A stretch of DNA of 64,000 nt from an uncultured Acidimicrobiaceae bacterium (GCA_963704425.1 OY969907.1:17553-81552), one strand, 5' to 3'. Shown: positions 24,467-31,209, counted from the first letter of the stretch. Made by a program: numbers and translations. Notes: generated by a model not told the origin, from the sequence alone.

Positions 24467-25171
24467 TCAGCTTGGCAAGCCCTTATCCTCCATTTCCCAC
24501 GCATGATCCAGCGTGTGATATGCGGTGTGTCGAATAAGGAACGGTAGTGGCCAGGTTCGCGCCATCTTGCCCTCCGAGTGAAATTCTCGGATCGCCTCGC
24601 AGTAGTCGCCCCGAAATGCCCTTAATCCTCTGGCATCGGTGACTACCAACCCCTCTGGAACGCGCACTCCCACCTTCTTACCCCAGTCCTGCTCGACGGC
24701 GAGGGTATGTCGAACAATACGATCTCGGTCACGTCCTCCGCCCCGCGGACCTTTTTGCATCTCCGGCGAGACTCGCGCCCGGACTTCGTCGAAGAACTTC
24801 CAGCTCGCCTGCATCAGGCTCAGTTCTCGTTCTAAATCAGTTTCGGATATCTTTCGTCCGTCGAAACTGGAAAATGCGAACGAGATACCCCAAAAATCAG
24901 TCGAACCAGTGCCTCGGTATCGTTCTACGACGTCGATGCCCTTAAGCGCCGCGAACTGTTTTTCCTGTCCGGCCAGTTTCGCCACTTTCGCGTATCGCGG
25001 TAGGTAGGTCAGCAACTTGTCTATTGCGGCATCTCCGGTCGCCGCGCCACGCTCCAAGCCGGGCCAGTCCGGAGCCACAGCAACAATTTTTTTCTCCTTC
25101 GGTCCAGCCTCCAGCACTATCCGAAGCTTGTTGACCACTTCATACCCCCGGACCATTTTTCGTGCACCCAA
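24467..25171 (-). CDS. DinB-like hypothetical protein (cassette 9)
   Basis: DWPGLER, KGPRGGGRDRDRIVRH, RHTAYHTLDHAWEMED; start uncertain. Confidence 0.75.
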   Translation of the reverse strand: MGARKMVRGYEVVNKLRIVLEAGPKEKKIVAVAPDWPGLERGAATGDAAIDKLLTYLPRYAKVAKLAGQEKQFAALKGIDVVERYRGTGSTDFWGISFAFSSFDGRKISETDLERELSLMQASWKFFDEVRARVSPEMQKGPRGGGRDRDRIVRHTLAVEQDWGKKVGVRVPEGLVVTDARGLRAFRGDYCEAIREFHSEGKMARTWPLPFLIRHTAYHTLDHAWEMEDKGLPS

Positions 25172-25287
25172 ATCCTATTTGTCGAGTCAATGACGTGAGC
25201 GTCGAAACGGCGGTAAAGAAGTCACTCGAATTTCGACTCAAACGAGGTTTTTAAGTTCAAAGATCCCCAGTCCTCGACCGTCTGGGT

Positions 25288-25336
25288 TCCGCTGTGTGAC
25301 CAGAAGCAACAGATCTGCTACCAAGTACCGGCGTCT
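25288..25336. repeat. Array site R8
   Basis: TCCGCTGTGTGACCAGAAGCAACAGATCTGCTACCAAGTACCGGCGTCT, about 38/49. Confidence 0.88.
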
Positions 25337-25391
25337 GAGGTAATCCGCAAATCTAACCGGGTAGATTCGGATCCGGTAAGAGGAGGAGTTA

Positions 25392-25748
25392 ATGGACGAG
25401 GGACAGCCAATCTCATATCGAGGCGTGCCAATCGGTACCGCCGTGCTTAGTTCTACGGACACCGAGTTCGGCACGCTGGAACATGTTCTGCAAATCCCGG
25501 AATTGGATATTTTTGATGGCATCGCCGTAAAAACCAAGCAAGGTCTCCGATTTGTGGACCGAGATCAAATTAAAGAGATCACAACAACACACATTCGATG
25601 CGCGTTAACCGACGAACAAGCGGCGACTCTCCCCGCGCCCCACGGCACCCTGGTTCTCCATCCCGACACGGTGCACGACGAGGGGCCCTCTCTCACGGCT
25701 CGATACGGTCGCCTGTTCGGACGAGAACATTGGAAGGAACTGGAGTAG
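25392..25748 (+). CDS. Hypothetical PRC-barrel-like protein (cassette 8, inverted orientation)
   Basis: Strong RBS GAGGAGG; GTAVLSS..FGTLEHVL..DIFDGI. Confidence 0.75.
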   Translation: MDEGQPISYRGVPIGTAVLSSTDTEFGTLEHVLQIPELDIFDGIAVKTKQGLRFVDRDQIKEITTTHIRCALTDEQAATLPAPHGTLVLHPDTVHDEGPSLTARYGRLFGREHWKELE

Positions 25749-25769
25749 CGCCCGGCTCGCCAAGTGCCA

Positions 25770-25818
25770 AAATGTCGGATATCCGAAGCAATGGATCTGC
25801 TACCACGCACTGGCGACT
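25770..25818. repeat. Array site R7
   Basis: AAATGTCGGATATCCGAAGCAATGGATCTGCTACCACGCACTGGCGACT, about 41/49. Confidence 0.92.
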
Positions 25819-25896
25819 CAGATTACGAGAACGTGTCTAGAAAGCCAGTCCATACCCCGATGTCTTTCAGTGTTCGATGCGACTTCTCGAATCTCG

Positions 25897-26472
25897 CTAC
25901 TGCCCTACCCTGCCGTCAATACATTCACGCAGAAGATCGGCGTGCCCGCAGTGACGGGCATACTCCTCGATCCTATGAACCATCAGTTCGCGAACCGCGA
26001 TCCCGTCTTTGCCCAGACGTTCACCAAGATCCGCGTGACTGTAAAGCTCAGCGTCAGTCGCGGCCTGTTCGCGCTCGAGCGCCGCGTACGCAACGTCGAC
26101 CTCCGCTTGCCCAGGGACAACGTTGTTGAAGTCCGCGCCACCTTCGCCGTAAAGCTTCGATAAGGGATCCCCCGTCGTGATCCAGTTCCGCCAGTCACGT
26201 TCGGCCTCAGCGAGGTGTCGCACCAGCCCAAGCAGCGACATTGTGGACGGTGGAACTGATCGGCTGGCCAATTGTTCCGCGTTTAGGCCCTCGCACTTCA
26301 TCAGGAGCGTCATTCGATAGTTCGAGAGGTACTCGTGCAGCGTCGGAAACTCACCGTCCGGACTGACGCCTTGGCTATTACGAGGGTCGTCGATTGGGTC
26401 AACCCACATGTCAGAGAACACAGTTGCCTGGCTCCACCGCGCGGGCCGATCACTCACGGGTTCAATCTTCAT
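25897..26472 (-). CDS. DinB / DUF664 family protein (cassette 7)
   Basis: KCEGL..QLA.RSVPPSTMSLLGLVRHLAEAE, IEEYARHCGHADLLRECIDG. Confidence 0.9.
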   Translation of the reverse strand: MKIEPVSDRPARWSQATVFSDMWVDPIDDPRNSQGVSPDGEFPTLHEYLSNYRMTLLMKCEGLNAEQLASRSVPPSTMSLLGLVRHLAEAERDWRNWITTGDPLSKLYGEGGADFNNVVPGQAEVDVAYAALEREQAATDAELYSHADLGERLGKDGIAVRELMVHRIEEYARHCGHADLLRECIDGRVGQ

Positions 26473-26518
26473 GCAAGAGCTTCAGCTTCGCAAACCCGAT
26501 GTTCAAAGTGAAGATCGC

Positions 26519-26566
26519 CGGTGCCGGAGACCGAAGCAATAGATCTGCGGCCACGCACTGGCGACT
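26519..26566. repeat. Array site R6
   Basis: CGGTGCCGGAGACC-GAAGCAATAGATCTGCGGCCACGCACTGGCGACT, about 42/49 with a 1-nt gap. Confidence 0.92.
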
Positions 26567-26607
26567 ATCTGTGCGGAGGGAATGAAATCGAGGTTCAATA
26601 TCCACAC

Positions 26608-26656
26608 TGGTGTCGGAGACTCGACTTTCTACGCCTGATACCAACCACCGGCGCCT
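26608..26656. repeat. Array site R5
   Basis: TGGTGTCGGAGACTCGACTTTCTACGCCTGATACCAACCACCGGCGCCT, perfect 13-nt core, about 35/49. Confidence 0.88.
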
Positions 26657-26671
26657 ATCCAACTCCCGTCC

Positions 26672-27061
26672 TTACCGGTGAAAGACTGAAGCCACTCCAG
26701 GAAGGTCACTGAAGGCACTCTGGTCAGAAGTGACCACCGTGCGGTTCGACGACAGCGCGGTCGCCGCGATAATCAAGTCGTGAGCACCTCTTGGACGACC
26801 CTGACGTCGAATCGCTATGAGAAGTTGAGAGTGAGCCTTCGCCACCTCGAGGTCATAGTCGACGATCGGAAGAGCCGTGACAATGTCATCGACCAGACTC
26901 TGGCGACTATGTCTTGTTTTTGCTTTTGCTAATTCAACGCCAACTAAAAGCTCAGCCACCGTGATCGCAGCCACGGCGATATCGTCGTCATCGCCGATTG
27001 CATCGTTAAGACTTATGTCCGACCTTTCCGCATTAATGAGAAAGGTCGTGTCAAGGAGCAA
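26672..27061 (-). CDS. vapC: VapC-type PIN toxin (cassette 5)
   Basis: LLDTTFLI, ITVAELLVG, AHDLIIAATA, VVTSD. Confidence 0.9.
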   Translation of the reverse strand: MLLDTTFLINAERSDISLNDAIGDDDDIAVAAITVAELLVGVELAKAKTRHSRQSLVDDIVTALPIVDYDLEVAKAHSQLLIAIRRQGRPRGAHDLIIAATALSSNRTVVTSDQSAFSDLPGVASVFHR

Positions 27062-27066
27062 TCTGC

Positions 27067-27309
27067 TCAGAACCGATCCTCCGAGAACACCAGCTCTCGC
27101 ACTTCCTTGATGGACTCCATCCAGTGAGCGTCGTTCGGGTGGCGCTTCAGTAGAGACTTCACGTCCGCACCTCGCCCCTTCGCTACGGGCTCAATTTGAG
27201 CGATGACTCGACCACGCCGAGCAATGAGTATTCGCTCGCCCTTATGCTCCACGGCGTCAAGCAACTCAGCAAAGTTCCTGGCAGCCTCAGTAGCGCTGAT
27301 CTCAGTCAT
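27067..27309 (-). CDS. Phd/YefM family antitoxin (cassette 5)
   Basis: ISATEAARNFAELLDAVEH.GE.I.I.RRGR; directly upstream of the PIN gene. Confidence 0.9.
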   Translation of the reverse strand: MTEISATEAARNFAELLDAVEHKGERILIARRGRVIAQIEPVAKGRGADVKSLLKRHPNDAHWMESIKEVRELVFSEDRF

Positions 27310-27331
27310 TAAATCAGATTATCAGATATTT

Positions 27332-27380
27332 TGGCGTCGGAGACCTGAAACCACAGATCTGCAACGAATCATTGGCGGCT
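27332..27380. repeat. Array site R4
   Basis: TGGCGTCGGAGACCTGAAACCACAGATCTGCAACGAATCATTGGCGGCT, about 40/49. Confidence 0.92.
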
Positions 27381-27398
27381 CGATTAACAGGCCGAAAC

Positions 27399-27875
27399 CT
27401 ATTCTCCGGTAGCACCATCAATCGCCTCACGAAGCAGATCAGCGTGGCCATTGTGCCGCGCGTACTCCTCAATGATGTGGAAATAGATAAATCGAAGATT
27501 GACATCCTGACCGAAGACCGCGCTGTAGATGACCGTTTCAAGCGATCCCTCACCAAGAATCTCTCGGGCCCTTTCACATGCTGTCAGGTAGTTTGCGATC
27601 ACTGTATCGGCGTGCGTGCTCTTCAAGTCTTCGAGATTGTCGCCGAGAAATACTTGTTGGAGCCAAAACCTCTCTACACCAGTTAAATGAACCATGAGTT
27701 CAAACAAGGAAAGTTCGGACGGCGGAACTGACTTCTCTTGCAGCTGCCGTTCAGTAAGTCCTTCACACTTCCACAGAAATGTGCTGCGGTGGAACTCAAG
27801 CATGCCTCTCAGCACTTCGCTTTCGTCGCCTAAATAGCAGCGATCGCTTCTCTTGACGTTGTTGACGATGGCCAT
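27399..27875 (-). CDS. DinB / DUF664 family protein (cassette 4)
   Basis: KCEGLTERQL..SVPPSELSL, IIEEYARHNGHADLLREAIDG. Confidence 0.9.
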   Translation of the reverse strand: MAIVNNVKRSDRCYLGDESEVLRGMLEFHRSTFLWKCEGLTERQLQEKSVPPSELSLFELMVHLTGVERFWLQQVFLGDNLEDLKSTHADTVIANYLTACERAREILGEGSLETVIYSAVFGQDVNLRFIYFHIIEEYARHNGHADLLREAIDGATGE

Positions 27876-27954
27876 GGCGGAAAGGATACGAGGATTAAGG
27901 TTCCATATCTAAGATGACGCCATTCCCCGATTAATACCACGAGTGCCAGATCGT

Positions 27955-28003
27955 TGATGTGTGAGACCCGAAGCAGCAGATCTGCAACCAACCACGGGCG
28001 ACT
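27955..28003. repeat. Array site R3
   Basis: TGATGTGTGAGACCCGAAGCAGCAGATCTGCAACCAACCACGGGCGACT, about 42/49. Confidence 0.92.
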
Positions 28004-28025
28004 CGGTGCGAGCTGACTGCTTACG

Positions 28026-28271
28026 TCAGCGTCGGTGCCCGATCGTGACGACCACGATGAAGAGGACGCCGTCATTAATGGTGTAGATGATTCGATAGTC
28101 GCCCACCCTGAGCCGATATCCGGGACGCTCTCGCAGCGGTCGGGACGCGGGCGGACGCGGATCGTGAGCGAGCAACGCAATAGCGCCTTGAATGCGGGGC
28201 TGGACTACACGATCAATCTTTCGAAGCTCACGCAGAGCCGCCGGCCTGAACTCGATTTGATAGTCGCTCAC
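28026..28271 (-). CDS. relE: RelE/ParE family toxin (cassette 3)
   Basis: YQIEFRPAALRELRKI, YRLRVGDYRIIY, IGHRR; GTGA overlap with the antitoxin. Confidence 0.9.
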   Translation of the reverse strand: MSDYQIEFRPAALRELRKIDRVVQPRIQGAIALLAHDPRPPASRPLRERPGYRLRVGDYRIIYTINDGVLFIVVVTIGHRR

Positions 28272-28516
28272 GACCAGCCGAGATCGATCTTCACCTGCTC
28301 CCAAGGAATGTTGCTGCCCTCTTCGGCCATCGCGGTGTCAAACGCGACGATGTCTTGAGACTCCTCAAAGGCCTCAAGCATCTCGTCGTAGTGCGCAGGA
28401 CTCACCACCACTGCGGCCCGATGTCCATAGTGCTCAAGAACGACCGGCTCCGATTGGGACATCTCCACGACTTCGGAGAGTCTTTCGCGAGCTTTGCTGA
28501 CAGAGATTTTGCTCAT
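28268..28516 (-). CDS. Phd/YefM family antitoxin (cassette 3)
   Basis: ISVSKARERLSEVV...EPVVL..YG..AAVVVS. Confidence 0.9.
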   Translation of the reverse strand: MSKISVSKARERLSEVVEMSQSEPVVLEHYGHRAAVVVSPAHYDEMLEAFEESQDIVAFDTAMAEEGSNIPWEQVKIDLGWS

Positions 28517-28522
28517 GTCAGT

Positions 28523-28553
28523 ATTGTACAAGACTACAACGCGCTTTGTACAA
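28523..28553 (-). promoter_or_regulatory. TA promoter/operator: two TTGTACAA palindromes, one overlapping a TACAAT -10
   Basis: TTGTACAA at 28524-28531 and 28546-28553; TACAAT six nt before ATG 28516. Confidence 0.75.
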
Positions 28554-28555
28554 CA

Positions 28556-28604
28556 TATTGTCGGAGACCCGAAGCGATGAATCTTCTACCGAGCACTGGC
28601 GCCT
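28556..28604. repeat. Array site R2
   Basis: TATTGTCGGAGACCCGAAGCGATGAATCTTCTACCGAGCACTGGCGCCT, about 40/49. Confidence 0.92.
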
Positions 28605-28621
28605 TCTAAGGACCGAACGGC

Positions 28622-28990
28622 CTAGGTCGGATCGAAGGACGTTCGACAGGTTTCAGTGACCGCTCCCTTTTTCGCAACGACGGTCACGGTCCTTACTTCG
28701 CGCCTGATAACAAAAGAAACCTTGAAGTAGATGTACGCCACGCCGTGCGAGTTCGCGACGCCTTGTTGTGTTGGGTGCGCTGAGCCAATATGTTCAGTTC
28801 CAGTTACTCGGGCGCCAGGCTTCGTTTGAACGACGATCTGAGCCTCGGTGTAATTAGCGGCGTGCGGGTTGGTGACGCGAGCCTTGCATGTCAAGCTTGC
28901 GGCACCCGAATCGGTCGAACGAAGGTACGGAGAAGCAGAAAGCGCGATGGCGATAAGAAGGGCAAGAACACCCAAAACCGAACGTGACAT
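28622..28990 (-). CDS. Small secreted hypothetical protein (cassette 2)
   Basis: Signal peptide MSRSVLGVLALLIAIALSA; two Cys; alternative start 29020. Confidence 0.7.
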   Translation of the reverse strand: MSRSVLGVLALLIAIALSASPYLRSTDSGAASLTCKARVTNPHAANYTEAQIVVQTKPGARVTGTEHIGSAHPTQQGVANSHGVAYIYFKVSFVIRREVRTVTVVAKKGAVTETCRTSFDPT

Positions 28991-29023
28991 CGAAGCAGAT
29001 GATAGGAGCCTTGACGGCATGCC

Positions 29024-29072
29024 TGGTGTCGGAGACCCGAAGCAACAGGTCTGCTACCAGGCACTCGCGGCT
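29024..29072. repeat. Array site R1 (tRNA-proximal, best conserved)
   Basis: TGGTGTCGGAGACCCGAAGCAACAGGTCTGCTACCAGGCACTCGCGGCT, about 45/49. Confidence 0.95.
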
Positions 29073-29129
29073 CCTTCCATCGGCTTCTCAAATCTGAGTC
29101 ATTTCGATTCGCGAAACAACACCTTGAGC

Positions 29130-29720
29130 TCAAACAGGGTCCCAATCATCAACGTGCTGACCTGCGGTGAGGATACGTCGAAGCCCCACGACGCCTAGGA
29201 GGGCAAGGAAGATCGTCCCCAGCGCCATGCAGATTGTTGCGACCGCATATCCCCAGACGGGAGCTGGTGAATGCGAGTACGTGTTCTGGAGCACCGACGC
29301 GAGAATCAATACGATCAATGAAGCGATCGTGACCAAGAAAGCGGCCAGATTCCATTTGGCTATTGATCTCAATCGTGCGATGTGCGCGTCGATGACGGCC
29401 GCAGAAAGGTCGACACGTTTATCGGAAGACCAGTATCCGTATTGCCACCAGATAAGGGCGGCGGAAAGTAGGAGCATGGTCGAAGTAGATGGATCAATCC
29501 ACCTAAGCGCGGATGACACGAGAGACCATCCCACGCCCGCGGACAATCCCGTTTGACCAACGAGAGACATCCCGGTAGAAATTCCGCTTCCTACAACCAG
29601 AAGACCCACGCTCACGATGATGAACACAGGAGCGAGTTCGGGAAGGTCCCATCCCGAATCGTGTGCGTAACCACCCCCGCCCGCGACGACATCTTTTGGT
29701 TCTTCGACATCGCTGCTCAC
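29130..29720 (-). CDS. Hypothetical 4-TM membrane protein (cassette 1)
   Basis: 196-aa ORF with about four hydrophobic segments; TAAGTT -10 six nt before GTG. Confidence 0.7.
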   Translation of the reverse strand: MSSDVEEPKDVVAGGGGYAHDSGWDLPELAPVFIIVSVGLLVVGSGISTGMSLVGQTGLSAGVGWSLVSSALRWIDPSTSTMLLLSAALIWWQYGYWSSDKRVDLSAAVIDAHIARLRSIAKWNLAAFLVTIASLIVLILASVLQNTYSHSPAPVWGYAVATICMALGTIFLALLGVVGLRRILTAGQHVDDWDPV

Positions 29721-29785
29721 TTTTGAAACTTATCCGAGAGACTGTGATGCGTCACAAGAACGACGTTCCAATTACGAGAGTTTTC

Positions 29786-29800
29786 TGGTGTCGGAGACGG
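29786..29800. repeat. 15-bp direct repeat of the tRNA-Leu 3' end (IS target duplication)
   Basis: TGGTGTCGGAGACGG, identical to 31081-31095. Confidence 0.92.
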
Positions 29801-29878
29801 TGTCTGGTTCCAGGACATAAGCGACATCTGACCTTTTTATGTGTCAAGACATAGGAGACAACTCTCAGGAGGTCTCCC

Positions 29879-31048
29879 ATGGACGTCGGGCGCTACTTGG
29901 TCGAGGCGCACCTTAAAGAAGGGCGGTCGGTGGCCTCGTTGGCGCGAGACCATGGTCTGCATCGCAGTTGGATCTACAAACTGCTCCAGCGCTACCGCGA
30001 GGAGGGTGAGGCCGGTCTCGCTCTGCGTTCTCGTCGACCCCACACCTCACCGACGCAGATCGCAGAGGCGGTCGAAGAGCGCATTGTTGAACTGAGAAAG
30101 GAGTTCGTGGACTCGGGCCTCGACGAGGGGGCGGAGTCGATCCAGGTCCAACTCCTCGCGGAGGGGTTCGTGGCGCCGTCGGTGAGTTCGATCTGGCGCG
30201 TGCTGCGCCGGCGCGGGTTCGTCACCCCCCAACCCCAGAAGCGACCGAAGTCCTCCTACCAACGCTTCGAAGCGTCCCTGCCCAACGAGTGTTGGCAGAG
30301 TGACATGACCCACTGGGTCTTAGCTGACGAGGTGGGCGTGGAGATCGTCAACTTTTTAGACGATCACAGCCGACTCTGTCTCGCTTCGGTGGCTCTGCCG
30401 GTCACCAAGGTGCTCGACATCATGACCATCTTTCAGGCGACCCGCGAGCGCTACGGCACGCCGGCGTCGGTGCTGACGGACAACGGCGCCATCTACACCG
30501 GCCGCTACCGGCGCGGCCGCACCGGCTTCGAGACCGAACTCGAGCGCCTGGGCGTGGTGGCCAAGCACGCCAGTCCCTATCACCCTCAAACCTGCGGGAA
30601 GGTCGAGCGTTACCACCAGACCATGAAGAAGTTTCTGCGCAAGCAGCCGCCGGCGACGACGATCACCGAGCTGCAGAGTCAACTCGACTGGTTCACTCAC
30701 TTCTACAACGAGGTGCGAACGCATCGCGCACTGGCTCGTCGCACCCCTCAGTCCGTCTACGACGCGCGGGTGAAGGCCCGACCGGGTGACGTGAGGGACG
30801 CCACGGCCCACTTTCGGGTTCGTTACGACAAAGTCGACACCAACGGCACCGTCACTCTTCGTTACGGATCACGCCTCCTGCACCTGGGCATGGGTCGATG
30901 CAACGCCGGCCAGGTAGTCACGATGCTGGTCGCGGACCTCGACGTTCGAGTGCTCAATCCCGAGGGCGTCGTGATGCGCCACTTCAAAATCGACCCCAAG
31001 AAGAGCTACCAAAGGCCAGTCGGAGACGCTGTGTCTACTATGTTCTGA
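29879..31048 (+). CDS. IS481-family DDE transposase
   Basis: N-terminal HTH; PNECWQSD, LDDHSR, LTDNG, HPQTCGKVER. Confidence 0.95.
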   Translation: MDVGRYLVEAHLKEGRSVASLARDHGLHRSWIYKLLQRYREEGEAGLALRSRRPHTSPTQIAEAVEERIVELRKEFVDSGLDEGAESIQVQLLAEGFVAPSVSSIWRVLRRRGFVTPQPQKRPKSSYQRFEASLPNECWQSDMTHWVLADEVGVEIVNFLDDHSRLCLASVALPVTKVLDIMTIFQATRERYGTPASVLTDNGAIYTGRYRRGRTGFETELERLGVVAKHASPYHPQTCGKVERYHQTMKKFLRKQPPATTITELQSQLDWFTHFYNEVRTHRALARRTPQSVYDARVKARPGDVRDATAHFRVRYDKVDTNGTVTLRYGSRLLHLGMGRCNAGQVVTMLVADLDVRVLNPEGVVMRHFKIDPKKSYQRPVGDAVSTMF

Positions 31049-31062
31049 CACAGCGTCTCCGA
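31020..31062. repeat. Perfect 16-bp inverted repeat in the IS right end
   Basis: TCGGAGACGCTGTGTC-n11-GACACAGCGTCTCCGA. Confidence 0.9.
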
Positions 31063-31080
31063 TGTCTTGACACAGGACAT

Positions 31081-31167
31081 TGGTGTCGGAGACGGGACTT
31101 GAACCCACACGCCCCTAAGGGCACCAGCCCCTCAAGCTGGCGCGTCTGCCTATTCCGCCACTCCGAC
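31081..31167 (-). tRNA. tRNA-Leu(GAG)
   Basis: GTCGGAG/CTCCGAC acceptor stem, CCAGC-TTGAGGG-GCTGG anticodon arm, long variable arm, TTCAAGT T-loop, encoded CCA. Confidence 0.97.
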
Positions 31168-31209
31168 GCGGCCTCCACTCTAGCCGCAACGCATGAAATG
31201 CTCAGTCGG

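Larger units (their letters stand above)
29801..31079 (+). mobile_element. IS481-family insertion sequence
   Basis: TGT...ACA ends; imperfect IR TGTCTGGTTCCAGGACAT / TGTCCTGTGTCAAGACAT (13/18); subterminal TGTGTCAAGACAT(A/C)GGAGAC repeats. Confidence 0.9.

Noticed and set aside
22388-29072. CRISPR array interpretation of the 49-bp repeats
   Set aside because: Intervals are 41 to about 1300 bp and mostly contain whole genes, the repeats are divergent, and I see no cas genes in the window.
22388-29072. Classical integron or CALIN (attC sites)
   Set aside because: No RYYYAAC/GTTRRRY boxes and no intI; the core is tRNA-derived.
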